NCBI RefSeq assembly: GCF_006345805.1
Contig: NC_043008.1
Location: 52,762,001 to 52,826,000, forward strand
Length of the DNA stretch: 64,000 bases
Direction: 5' to 3'
Origin: Octopus sinensis
Lineage: Eukaryota
Below the pieces are notes generated by a model. The model searched no databases, was not told the origin of the DNA, and saw only the letters and a list, made by a program, of their open reading frames with translations. Made by a program: the position numbers and the translations under genes. This document shows positions 1 through 13,023 of this stretch, one piece after another (the stretch's first letter is position 1; each line of letters starts with the position of its first letter).

Positions 1-1208
1 TGGAAGGATAAAATGCCAGCTTCGGCAGAATCTGAACTTGGAAGTGAAGATGGACAAAACACTGCTGAGCATTTTGTCTAGCAGCTTGCCTTAAATACCA
101 GCTTAATAATGATAATTAACTAATTTCTTTATCATTTTCAAAATTAATTGAAACAAAGCAGTGTATGTCAACAGAGATATGGTAACAAAAGGGTTAATTT
201 CATGTTGCTCCTGTCTACTCAGATGAAATGAATACCAACCAAATGCAACAACCCTTTCTGTCTCTCTCTTACTCCCCACTCAGTCATCACATCTTGGATG
301 ATCTGTTACATCAAGAATGCAAGGGCTGAGAGGGTGTCTGCTCGTGACAACATAAGTACCTAAAACAGCTTAAGCATGGTACATGCTAGAGGTGACACCC
401 ACATGCAAGTCACAAGTGTTTTTTTTTGCTTTTTAATATATCTATATCTAAGTTCCACTATCACTAAAAATCACAAGAAGCTAACTGCATTGAAAAGTAT
501 TAGGTCACTGAAAATTTTTTCCAAATTCATTTAAAAATATAATATACTTGACAATTTGGTTTTTGTGTGGTATAGTTAGATTAGGAAGAACAAAATTCAT
601 GATGTATTCTGCCAAAATGTCATGGTTAAGGAGAAGGAAAAGTGAAAAAAAAAAAATTGTGTGGAATGTCCACAGCTTGGACACTTGGTGTAAATGCTTG
701 CAATGGACTGGACTATAGAAGACACTCACAAGCTAGGAGGATGGCGTTATACCAAGCAACAGATATATTTTTACGATGTAATCAAAGGAGGAAAGGTAGA
801 GTGCATGAGCCTTTATGGAGCTTTTAGGAGTGGTGAGAAGATGCCCTAAACCAGAAACCTGCCCTGAATGCTTATAACAGAGTGGGCATTTCCACTCAAG
901 GATTTCAAGGCCAGATGATCATTTTAAACTGGGAGACAGATTAAGCTTACAAACCATGTAGACCACAGTGGGATTTGAACTTAGAATGCAGAGAGCTGGA
1001 TCAAATAATGCAACACAGCCCATATGACACTCTAATAATTTCACTATTCCCATGCCCTAGACTGGTACTTCATATATTGATCCTTAGAAAGGATGAAAGA
1101 CAAAAAGGTTTGAACTCAAAAATTATGATGTTCGAATTTGTGCTTGAGGAGACCTACTGAGTCAAGTACATCAACATCAAAATAAATATCAAATGGAAAT
1201 TGTAGTTG

Positions 1209-1537
1209 TGATATCTGTAGCGGTAGCATGTAAAAAGCACCATCCTAACGTGGCCGATGCCAGTGCCGCCTTGACTGGCTTCTGTGCCGGTGGCATGTAA
1301 AAAGCACCAACCGATCGTGGTTGCTGCCAGCCTCCCTTGGCACCTGTGCCAGTGGCACGTAAAAAGCACCCACTACACTCACGGAGTGGTTGGCGTTAGG
1401 AAGGGCATCCAGCTGTAGAAACACTGCCAGATCAGACCGGAGCCTGGTGCAGCCTCCTGGCTTCCCAGACCCCGGTCGAACCATCCAACCCATGCTAGCA
1501 TGGAAAACAGACATTAAACGATGATGATGATGATGAT
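1209..1537 (+). mobile_element. RTE 3'-end fragment
   Basis: Matches the 3' UTR of the 18304-20787 element and ends in ttaaac(gat)n. Confidence 0.85.
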
Positions 1538-2022
1538 TTTGTCATTATTCTTAGGATTCTGCTAATCAACGATAGAGGATTAGCTTGATTAACTCTTACA
1601 ACTTAAGACTAGATATAGTCCCTCTTTGTCCATTCAGTATTTAGAATGCCATCATCCACCAAGGAGGCATGCAATGGGCTCAGACAAAGAAGCATGTGAT
1701 TATGAACCCAAAGTTTTAACCACGTAGCTATACCTACATAGAGGAAAAGGAAATGCTGTTTAGCAACACCAACAGGCCTGGTGTGCTGCACACTTATTCA
1801 GGATATGACAAATGTATTTGTATGCACCCATCAGTCACATCAAATGCTTTCCCCAGCTAGTTTTGGTTTGCTGCTGCTGCTCTCTTTCTCTCTACTAACA
1901 TATGGAAAAGAGATATAATATAGTAATATAGTATTTCTACAAATCTAGGACTATTATAAAATAAAGTGAAAATAAATTACAGATGTGTGCATGTGCACAC
2001 ATCTATGTATTTATGTGTATAT

Positions 2023-2060
<38 letters not shown>

Positions 2061-2356
2061 GCTGCAATGCTAGCAGCTATTATAGTAAATCACCAATTTC
2101 TGAAAAGATACCTATCTTAATAAATCTAGCTCTAGGTGAGATATGGTGTTTGGGGAGGGTTTGTGTGAGGGGAGGAGGATATTTGAGTGACAGTTTGTAA
2201 GAAAGTAAAGGATTTACATCTAGTTAGTATGGGGACTGAGATGGGGTAGAATAGGGGTAGATGGAGTAGAAATAAAGTATGATGTTCAGTTGGAGTGAAG
2301 TGTTTGGGTATCTAAAATATAAGTCATTTAGATGTGCATGTATGTCTGTGTATAAA

Positions 2357-2580
2357 CCTTTTTGGTGCCATATTTCTGTTAAACTACATCTTTGTATCAA
2401 TTATTTTTGAATAGTATGAAGAACTTAGTAAAATAATCGTTACTGTCATTATTAAGCTGGTGTTTGGAACAAAAATAAAAATGAAATAAATATGAACAGT
2501 TTAAAATTAGATCATTTTGAAATAAGATGTTTGTATCGTAGAACAAAGAGCAGTCTCAATAGAGTTGGTTTCAAAAAGGG
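2357..2580. mobile_element. piggyBac-like MITE family F
   Basis: cctttttggtgcc ... ggtttcaaaaaggg; body matches 53490-53710. Confidence 0.7.
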
Positions 2581-2584
2581 TGAA

Positions 2585-3173
2585 CCCTTTAGCATTTAAA
2601 CCAACCATATCCAGCCTGAATATTCTACCTGTTTTATATTCAAACTGACAAGATCCAACCATTTACACCTATTCTACAATGTCACTCTAAAACTAAATAA
2701 CATAATTGAAATCTTAAAGCTATAAGATAATGTATGACTAAACACCATTCGAGCGTGATCCTTACCTGTGTCACCTTACCAGCAATTGTGCTGGTGGCAC
2801 ATGGAAAAACAATTCAAGCGAGGTCGTTGCCAGTGCCGCTGGACTGGCTCCTGTGCAGGTGGCACATAAGATGCACCATTTGAGCGTGGCCGCCGCCAGT
2901 ACCGCTTAACTGGCCCTCGTGCTGGTGGCACATAAAAGCACCTACTACACTCTTGGAGTGGTTGGCGTTAGAAAGGGCATCCAGCTGTAGAAACTCTTCC
3001 AGATCAAGATTGGAGTCTGGTGCAGCCATCTGGTTCACCAGCCCACAGTCAAATCGTTCAACCCATGCTAGCATAGAAAGCGGACGTTAAACGATGATGA
3101 TGATGATGATGAATTCAAAATAATGTTAATATATAAGCATTACATTTCACTGTATAATCTGAATGTTAAAGGG
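2585..3173. mobile_element. piggyBac-like MITE family E (split by RTE fragment)
   Basis: tgaa|ccctttagcatt ... aatgttaaaggg|ttaa. Confidence 0.75.
2742..3112 (+). mobile_element. RTE 3'-end fragment nested in a piggyBac-like MITE
   Basis: Same 3' UTR and (GAT)n tail; interrupts the 2585-3173 MITE. Confidence 0.85.
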
Positions 3174-5268
3174 TTAAATTATTAAATATGATGGAAAATA
3201 AGAAATGCAGCTAATCAGTGCCAATGTAATCTAGCTGTAGGGGTGCTGACAACTCATAATATATTTATATATCATCACAGGATTCTACTGTCTATGACCA
3301 AAATACTTGTTAAACTACTGACTCAGTTTCAAGATGTAATCTGTAGACTGACCTCATTCTATTACCAATGACATACATTTATTTCTTTTTCTAACACAGT
3401 ACAATTATGAATCATAAGACTTCAGAATCTGTGACAAGTTTCCATTTATCCTAAGAGGGTCATTTGGTCACTACTAAGATTTTCGCTTTCATACAGTAAA
3501 AATTGTGATCATTCTAGTGGAGATCATTACCCTCCAAGTTATTATGATAGCAAACTGCTACTTAAGAAGACTATTGATTTAACAACAATAACAATAATAA
3601 TAATCCTTTCTACTTTAGGCACAAGGCCTGAAATTGTGGGAGATGGGGCTAGTGAATTACACTGACCCCAGTACTCAACTGGTATTTAATTTATCGACCC
3701 CGAGAGGTTGAAAGGCAAAGTCAACCTCAGTGGAATTTGAACTCAGACTGTAGCGGCAGACATACCGCTAAGCATTTTTCCCAGCTTGCTAACGATTCTG
3801 TTAATAATAATCCTTTCTACTAAAAGCACAAGACCTGAAATTTGGGGCAGGGGTTAAGTGATTACGTCAACCCCAGTACTCAACTGGTACTTATTTACTG
3901 ACCCCGAAAGGATAACAGGTAAAGTTGACCTCAGCTGAATTTGAACTCAGAACATGAGGACAGATGAAATATCACAAAGCATTTTGCCCATTTAGTCTTT
4001 CATAATATGAGTTCTTAATTTTTGCTTACATCAGCATTGCTAGTGATGGAAGAAAGGGAGGGGATACACAGGGATGTTTCCTGATGTAAGATAATGATAT
4101 AACATGCATATGGGGCACAGGTAAATACAAAAATAGATATAAATAGGTAAAAAACAAAAAATAAACAAATAACTAGGCTATTACAAATAGTGTTGCTGAT
4201 CCCTGCTCTGCTCTATATCAAGATTTTTGCAAATGGATGCACGGCTTCTGATGAATTTACCACCATCCCCACCACCACTTTACAGCACTCACACCCACAC
4301 ACTACACTATATCTGAAGAGTTTTGCATACTTTTACATGGCTTCTGAGCTATTTAACCACCACCACCACCACCGACACCACATCCCTACAGCATACACAA
4401 CCAGACTCTCTATACTATATCTCAGTCATGACTTTTTAGAGATACGTTCCTTCTCAGGTGTTTACCACCCCTCAAGCAACATGCAAGCTAGCTGTACTTA
4501 GGTGAATGGGAAAATACAACTAAGTACTGTGGCAAAGGTGTGGTCTCAAAGAGAAGGTCTCAAGTGTGTATATACAGTGGTATATCAAAATCTTTCCAAT
4601 GGATTGAGAGTAGTGTTTCTTTGTTTTGTACTTTGTAGCAGACAAGAGATCAAGTAAAAATTATTTTGGTATATTCCAAATACAAAGTCTTTTTTTTTAA
4701 TCCTTGTTTAAAAGTTTAACTCTTTAACATTCAGACTTCTCTGCCAAATGTAATGCTTATTCTTTCACATTATTTTGAATTAATCATATATTATCTTGTT
4801 ACTTCAATATTTTGAATAGATGTCTTTTAATAAATTTCAGTACACAAATTGCTTATCATAAGATCTTTACTACCAACAAAATCTACCACCACCCCCATTA
4901 ACTAACCCCTAATCAACATCACCAAAACAAACTATTACACTTCCCAGTGTATGTACATAAGTATGTATGCACATATGTGTATATATATATATGTATGAGT
5001 GTCCATGCATATGATTATATGTCTGTGCTGACTTAATGGGGTTTCATTTTGTTTCCTGTTTTCCTCCAATCTCTCGCAGTAACCACCTCAATTAACACCT
5101 GTCACAGATTGCTCGTCTTCTCCTTTATACTCACCTTCTTGCTTGCCATTCACTGTTATCTCCGCCATCACAATAACAACATACAACTAAAGTTCTGTTT
5201 TCACTATCCAAACCCAGATTTTATTAGTTCAAATAAAACTGAAAATATTAAACATTTTTGAAACTTAC

Positions 5269-5373
5269 TCTTTGTCTTTCCATGTCTACATATCGAAGAC
5301 CAAAATAATCCTTTTCGATCAAATTTAGGCGTTGACACACTTGGTCGAGCAGCCATTGTCCTGTTGAGTCTTT
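5269..5373 (-). CDS. FRMD5: Internal coding exon of a FERM-domain protein (FRMD5/FRMD3 family), FERM N-lobe
   Basis: Minus strand: atttctcttttgcag | 105 nt | gtaagt, phase 0/0. Translates KDSTGQWLLDQVCQRLNLIEKDYFGLRYVDMERQR, matching the recalled vertebrate FRMD5 segment [35 protein letters not shown]. Absent from the ORF track. Confidence 0.9.
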
Positions 5374-6065
5374 CTGCAAAAGAGAAATCAAGACAGTAAT
5401 TAGAAAATCTGGAATAACTGAAGAACTTTCAGTTCAGGTTCAATTTTACAAGAGATTATTTATTTGAAATAATACAATGTAGTGACTGCCTGTTACTCTT
5501 TCATACTTTAGAGCCTCTCAACTCCAGTCATGAAGCCACATCACACTATTACACCTTCCACTCAGCTGAGGAGACTTTTTGTTTTGCAAGTTACCTTGAT
5601 TTCATTAGCGCTGGTACAAAAAAAAAAAAAAAAAACACACTCTGTAAAGTGGTTAGGAAGGACATCCAGCCATAGAAACCTTGCCAAAACAGACATTAGA
5701 ACTCAGAACAGTCCTCTGTCTTGATGGATGTCAAACTGTCCGATCCATGGCAGTATGGAAGACATATGTTTAAGTGATGATGAAGAGTGTTTGGAAGGAA
5801 ACTTTAAAACCAAGAACAAAATAAAATCATCATCAATATCATTTAATGTTCATTTTCCATGTTGCTAATGGTTGGATTGTTTGACAAGAGCTGGCAAGCA
5901 GGAGAGTTGCACCAGGCTCCAGTTGTCTGTTTTGGCATGGTTTTCCAGCTGGATGCCCTCTCTAATGCCAACCACTTTACAGATTGTACAGGACGTTTTT
6001 TATGTGATGTCAGCATGAGTGCCTTTTACATGGTGCCAGCAAGTAAATAAAAACAATAAATTCAC

Positions 6066-6201
6066 TTTACAACCACATGGTTTCAGATTCAATCCCACCG
6101 CATGGCACTCTTTGGGAAAATGTCATACCACAGGCCTGGGCCAGCCAATGCTTTGTTAGTGAATTTTTGAGAACTGGGGAAGCTTGTTCAAGCATGCATA
6201 T

Positions 6202-6259
<58 letters not shown>

Positions 6260-6790
6260 TTAAATAATGAGGGAGATAAATTGAATATTAATTTAATTAA
6301 TATCAATTTAAAACCAGTAGCCTAGCATAAAAAATCTGAAAAAATTCTAATACATGTGTATATTTAAAGGGCTAAAAAACCACTAGGTGGTCAGCTGTAT
6401 GCTAGAAGTAGATCACCTACGATCAAACTACAAAGAAAAGAATTCTGGTGTCCGCTGAATTTTCCTCTAGAGAATATTCTTTTCTTTGTAGTTTGATCGT
6501 AGGTGATCTACTTCTAGCATACGGCTGACCATCTAGTGGGTTTTTTAGCCCTTTAAATATACATATATATATATATATATATATTTGTTTCTGTCTGTGT
6601 TTACCCCACCCCAACTGCTTGGTAACTGGTGTTAGTTTATGTCTCCATAATTTAATGGTTTGGCAAAACAGATCAATACAATAAGCACCTGACTTTACAA
6701 AAATTACATAATGAGGTCAGTTTGAGGCAACCTTTTAAAGTGATGCCCCAGCATGACCACAGTCCAATGAATGAAATATGCTAAAAGATA
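6066..6790 (+). mobile_element. Degraded SINE family A hosting a fold-back insertion
   Basis: accacatggtttcagattcaatccc head; the 3' half resumes at about 6585. Confidence 0.65.
6357..6563. repeat. 87/88-bp inverted repeat with 32-nt spacer
   Basis: Arms 6357-6443 and 6476-6563 differ by 2 substitutions and 1 indel. Confidence 0.9.
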
Positions 6791-9700
6791 TACATAAAAG
6801 ATTCATTCATATCTAAAAATTCTTTAAATCAAACATCTCTCGTTTGTTTGTTTTTTGTTTCTCTTTGCACAGTTTAAAAAAAAACTAGGTTAGAAACGAT
6901 CTCTATAGAGGATTACAAACATCGATATAAAAATATCTTCTGTTAAACCAGTAATCAGTTATACAAAGAATATACAAAAGAAAAATAGTTCCTAATAGCC
7001 AAAAGTAGGACAAAAATATATAAATGAATGATAAAATTACTAAATAATGTTATTAATGTTAAAGATTTATTTATTTATTTAATAAATGTGTTGTTTTTTC
7101 TTTCTGTTTCTCTTTTTTTTTTCTATCTTTCATTTCATTTATGTGTCATACAATTTTTACACTTAAATCCGAGGGCAGATTGAAGTAAAATCTAAAAGGT
7201 GGAGTTTTATTCTTGAAGAAGCAAACTAATGCATTTTTCTGGCAAACAATACCTGAATGAAAACAGTATGGCATGAAAGAACTAGTTTGCAGATAAGCCT
7301 GGTGACAGATGTGTTACATTAATAAACGCCAACAAGGTTTTAATGTCATCTAAATGTGTTTAACCTAAATTTCCATTCCAGATAAACATAAAAAATCACT
7401 TTCAAAAGACACAACATAATTCAAAAGAAATCCTCAGTTTATCTGTATTTGTAAATGGGTGGAGGTGGAGAGAAAAAAAAGAGTTGTTTGTAAAACCTTT
7501 CAGAAAATTTCTTAATAGGAGAGCATTAGCTATATCTAAATTTCAATAAATATGTTTTCAGACAAGAGACTTAATATGACGATGTTTATGCAAGTAGGAA
7601 AATATATCCTGCTGATTTAAACACATAGTTGAATAATTTTAAAATTTCCATTTAATTATAGTTGTAATTATTTGTTGGCTTATTTTTAGACTTTCATCGT
7701 GTTAATGGTCACACTAATTTCATCCAAAATTGTTTAACCCTCCAAAGAATTATAACTTGTTAAAGAATGGTGGCCTGGGAGACTCATTCAACTTAATTAC
7801 TTGTTCAGGAATAAAGTCTTAATTGTGATACTTTTATCTTCAGTTTACTTATATATTTTTCTTCATATCACTCACTATAAAATACGGTTGACATCAAACA
7901 CTACACCTAGTCTAGTTCTACTTATAGATCTACTTCAGAGAATGGTGCTACCCATTTAAAATCTAGAAATAACCCAATGGCCTTGCACAATATTAATACC
8001 TTAATTCAGTCCAGTAGGAAACTCATTGCATATTCTATTGTCCAGTGTAAAGAATCCTCTGTGACGAGCAGGACATGATCCATCCAATTTATTGTCTAAC
8101 TTAACTATGTCCAGAGACGATTTGAAGGAATACACTAGATGTGCTGTTGTACTTACTATTCAATATTTATAAAATGATAATGCTGGTGCCACTAGAAAAG
8201 CACTCAGTCCACTCTGTAAGGTGGTTGGCATTAAGAAGGGCATCCAGCCATAAAAACCATGCTAAAACAGACAGTGAAGCCTGGTGCAGTCTTCTGGCTT
8301 GCTAGCTCCTGCCAAACCATCCAACCCATGTCAGCATGGAAAATGGACATGAAATGATGAGGAGACAAAGTGCATGCATGCGCACATACACACACATTTT
8401 ATTTCACAAACAGACGATGATATAAACATTGAATGTTGCTTAATGTGCCTCTAATTAATTAATTCCAGCTTGTCAAAGCTTTGCACACATCAATAAATAT
8501 ACCATTTGTTGTTCTAATATAATAACAAGAAGTTCTTAGAGATTACGAACAATGCCTCAGTGTTTATAGCTTATGAAGCATAACAATGCAGAAACCTATG
8601 ATCCTATGATCTGATGACATCATTCATAGCTTGATGACATGTTTTTCACACATATTGTCATTAAGGAGAAATTTTTTTTTCTCACAGGACAATTTCTGCA
8701 ATGTATTGACTTCATATGTCTGAGTAGATGTGAACATGTTAAACATGATTGCACACACCTATATTTCATTCAACACTGCTTAGTGCACCTCTAATTAATT
8801 AATTCAGCTTGATAAAGTTTTGTATATGTGAACAAATGTGCTACTTGCTTTCCTAATATAAGAACAAGTTCTTAGCAGCTCTGAACAATAGCCTGGTATC
8901 TGTAACAAATGGAACATAAAAATGCAGAACTGCACGTGTCTCATATTTTGATGATGCCATTCACAGCCTATGGGTGTTTTTTTACACACACATTGTCTAC
9001 AAGGAAAATTTTTTTTCTCCTTAGACAATTTCTGTAACATACTGTTAAATATGATTTTACTCACCAATACATAAATATTCATTTATTCCATAGACAAGTA
9101 AAAATACAGGTAGAAAGACAAGTTAGCTTTAATTAAAAAGGTTCCTTAATGCTGTGACTATTGGACATGTTTTGGTAGGCTGAGTTAGATCAGAGAACAA
9201 AATGCGAGTTCTGATGTTCATATCTTTCCAATAGCATTGGCAAACCTTTCACTGCAAAAATTACATATTTACACAAAATTTCATTACCCTTTCTACAAAA
9301 AGTAGTTTTATATATATAGCAATCTGTGCTTTGTTGGGGTATGTTATTTTTGAAAATATTTTCTGTCGAAATACATCAAGTTTATTGAGGCAATATGACA
9401 GAGAAAATACCAATTCTAACTATATTTACCATGAAATTCAATTTCACAGTTAATGAGTAAATAGGTTTCAAATTCAAGTAGGAGGCAGCCAATCATATTG
9501 ATCCCAAAACTTGATTGGTACTTATTTCATTAACTTGCACTTATAACCACTTACTTTTACCTTTCCTTATGTTTCAATAACAATACTAATTTATTCAACT
9601 CAAGTAAATAGAAACACAGTGGACATACTGGAAAGATTATGGTGCAATTTAAGTTGTATAATGTTTAACGAACTGACTGGTTACATAATTATCAGTTTAA

Positions 9701-10033
9701 AACCTAATGACTACATTTACTGTTCTGTGTTCCAAGGCAAGATATGTTATATTGTATATTTCTGTCGAACTAACTGGAAAGATAAATATTTCCAATGCAT
9801 TCACAGTTGTTGTTGTTGTTGTCATCATTACATAAACATACAGAAATAAAAATTAATTACAGTTTAATAAGAGCAGTTGTACAAATGCTCAGCCCCTGTG
9901 TCACTGGTGTAACTTCACAGCTATAATAAAATATGTAAGTAGGTGACAAACTGAAAGACTAGATACTGAACACTGGCTATGTGGATAAATAATTCTTTTT
10001 AATAGAAGAGAAATGTGTTATTTTTCTGGTATA

Positions 10034-10746
10034 CTCTTTTACTTGTTTCAGTCATTTGACTGCGGCCATGCTGGAGCACTGCCTTTAATTGAGCAACTCG
10101 ACCCTGGGACTAAGCGGAAAGTGTAACCTCTCAAAAGAGCTGTTCTTCACTCCTGCTCCAGAGCGTCGGCTGCGGGGTCATTCCGAAAAGCTCTACCTGC
10201 GACGATTTCATCTCAATCGAAGGAGAGCAGCTTTCTCCGTCTAGGTTGCGGATCCGTGGAACAAGCTGCCAGACGAGATGGTGAAGATGCCGACGACCGC
10301 TTTGTTCAAAGCCTCCCTGGACCTCAAGTGGCCTGAACTCTTTACATGAACACCACCCTGTACTTAACTCCATGTCCCCCTACATGGCCTTGCTATTTGC
10401 TTTTGAGCCAAATTAACTAACTAACTAACTAACTTATTCTTTTGTAAGCCCAATACTTATTATATCGGCCTCTTTTGCCGAACCGCTAAGTAACGGGGAC
10501 ATAAAAACACCAGCATCGGTTGTCAAGCAATGCTAGGGGGACAAACACAGACGCACAAACACACACATGCATATATATACATATATACGACGGGCTTTTT
10601 TCAGTTTCCTTCTACCAAATCCACTCACAAGGCTTTGGTCAGCCCGAGGCTATAGTAGAAGACACTTGCCCAGGGTGCCACGCAGTGGGACTGAACCTGG
10701 AACCATGTGGTTGGTAGACAAGCTACTTACCACACAGCCACTCCTG
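10034..10746 (-). mobile_element. tRNA-headed SINE family A (central TA/CA tract), split by CR1
   Basis: A box tggctgtgtgg, B box ggttcagtccc and 3' end gactgaaacaagtaaaagag, as in the other copies. Confidence 0.85.
10111..10434 (+). mobile_element. 5'-truncated CR1/L2-group LINE 3' end
   Basis: Translates RRLRGHSEKLYLRRFHLNRRRAAFSV*VADPWNKLPDEMV...FKASLD, followed by a short UTR and (TAAC)n tail; interrupts a SINE. Confidence 0.85.
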
Positions 10747-10759
10747 ATAATATTTGTAT

Positions 10760-10981
10760 CATACTGTTGTATCTGGGGAGAGTAATTTTCTTTTTGGGCC
10801 TTATAATTTCTTATTTTTATTTTCCTAAAATTTTAGGAAAAATAAAAATAAGTGGAAATTTTACCGGTGAATGGGTTAAATTATAAGGCACAAAAACAAA
10901 ATGAATCTTCCCAGACACAACAGAATATGCTTCAACACACGAACTCACATAAAGAATCTTGAAAACCAAATCCCAACACGA
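10760..10981. mobile_element. Fold-back element family P
   Basis: 11-bp TSD aatatttgtat (10749-10759 / 10982-10992); symmetry centre aaaa|tttt at 10830/10831. Confidence 0.7.
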
Positions 10982-11296
10982 AATATTTGTATTATATTTA
11001 TATATGAATATAGTAAATGCACTAAAACAGGTGAGCAGTTTCAGTGAAAATAGATTAGGTAGCTAGTTTGTTTGCACAATATAACCTTGTAATAATAAAG
11101 GATTCCTTAATTTTGCCCACAGAAATACAAAAGGATTATTATTAGTAGTAGTATTAGTAATGTTTGATGGTATGGCTGACACAATGCCAAAATGGATGTT
11201 ATCATAGTATTTAAGTTGATGCCTGAATCCAAATATGCTACCATTGTCATCTTTCGTTGCTAGAGCTCCAGAGGTGAGGCATTTACTGAATGCAAG

Positions 11297-11340
<44 letters not shown>

Positions 11341-12839
11341 TGTGTGTGTATGTGTGTGTGTGCATGCATATGTGAGTCTGCATAGTTGTATATGAGTGTG
11401 CATATGTGCATGCATATGTATGTGTAAATATATAAATGCATGTATGTTTGAATAGCTCTGTCTTTCTATGAGTGTATGCCTGTGTGTGTATGCATGCGTG
11501 TATGCATAATAATTGCCCAGATATCCCTACCAGAAAAAAATGGGCCATGCTTAATTATAAAGGAGAATGTTGTCAGTGAGAAGATCAGTAACTACTATCA
11601 AATTTTTTCGTTGAAGTTTACTCCAATTATATTGATAATGCCACTGAGAAAGTAATGAACACCACTCAATCACATTTGCTTCCATTATTAAGCATGTAAC
11701 CGTACAGATAAGCCATGAATCATTATTATTAACCACTTTTAGTTGTTTGTTTTACTTTTCAATGGGGGAGGGGTAGTTACACCAACTTTTGCTTAGACTG
11801 ATGCCATTGCCAAAAAAAGAATGGTATGCAAGAGTAAGGTGAGGTTGAAGAAATTCTTACCACTTCCATCTCACTAAGAAATACTTTCTAAACATTCATT
11901 TGATTGGCTATCTAAATATAGCTGGGGTTTTGTCAAAATCTGCTGTAAAAATAAATAAATTTACTGATGTCATCACTCCTGCCTGCAGCTGATAATCTTG
12001 TAATCTCAAGGAAGTGAAAAAATTTAGAAGTTACCTTAATTTAAGATAATCCTCATCTGGACTTTTTTTTCATACACAAAATATTTTCACACAACAAAAT
12101 GATTGAAAGTAGTATCAGGTATCATCATCATCATCACCATAAAATGAAATAAATAGTCCTGGTGGACAGTGTCCACTTTGGCTATCATGTTTCAATTTCA
12201 AATTGAAGATATTTTACTTAATATGCACTGATGATATTGGCTTCAAATTTTGGCAGCGGACCAGCAATTTTGGGGAGAAGATTAAGTTGATTACATTAAC
12301 CACAGTGCTCAACTTAAAGGACCAGCAGAATTTGAACTCAGAGCATAAAGAGAGATGAAATACTGCTAAACATTTTGCCCAGAGTGTTAACGATTCTGCC
12401 AGCTTCCTACCTTACTAATAATTAATATTGGTTTCAAATTTTGGCACAAGGCCAGTAATTTCGGGGGTGGGGGATAAGTTGATTACATCAACTCTAGTGC
12501 TTGACTGGTACTTAACCTTTCAGCCCTTTTGGGGTTGATAAAATAAGTCAACCTCCGTAACATAATGATGAATGAAATGCCACTAAGCATTTTGCCTAGC
12601 ATGTTAATGATTCTGCAAGCTCACTGCTTTAATGGTAATTAGTACTGATTAAAAAAATAATGAATATTACTATATCTGTTTCCTTTCCCTTAAAATCCTA
12701 TTACACATGCTTGAAAAAAAGTCACCAATGCACAGAGAACATAACTAGTTCTAACTTTCATTATCAAAACTACACAACCAGTCTACTCAAGTATATAAAG
12801 AATCTGATGGCAAGAGAGCTTGCAAGATAATGATATATA

Positions 12840-13023
12840 TATATATATATATATATTTCTTTATTGCCCACAAGGGGCTAAACATAGAGGGGACAAACAA
12901 AGACAGACAAAAGGATTAAGTCGATTACATCGACCCCAGTGCGTAACTGGTATTTAATTTATCGACCCCGAAAGGATGAAAGGCAAAGTCGACCTCGGCA
13001 GAATTTGAACTCAGAACGTAACG
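12840..13023 (-). mobile_element. 5'-truncated SINE family B with (TA)n tail
   Basis: 20-bp TSD ttgcaagataatgatatata (12820-12839 / 13024-13043). Confidence 0.85.

Noticed and set aside
11063-11298. Unique-looking C-terminal part of the 161-aa ORF
   Set aside because: The N-terminus is microsatellite, the acceptor is weak and there is no recognisable domain; length is within chance.
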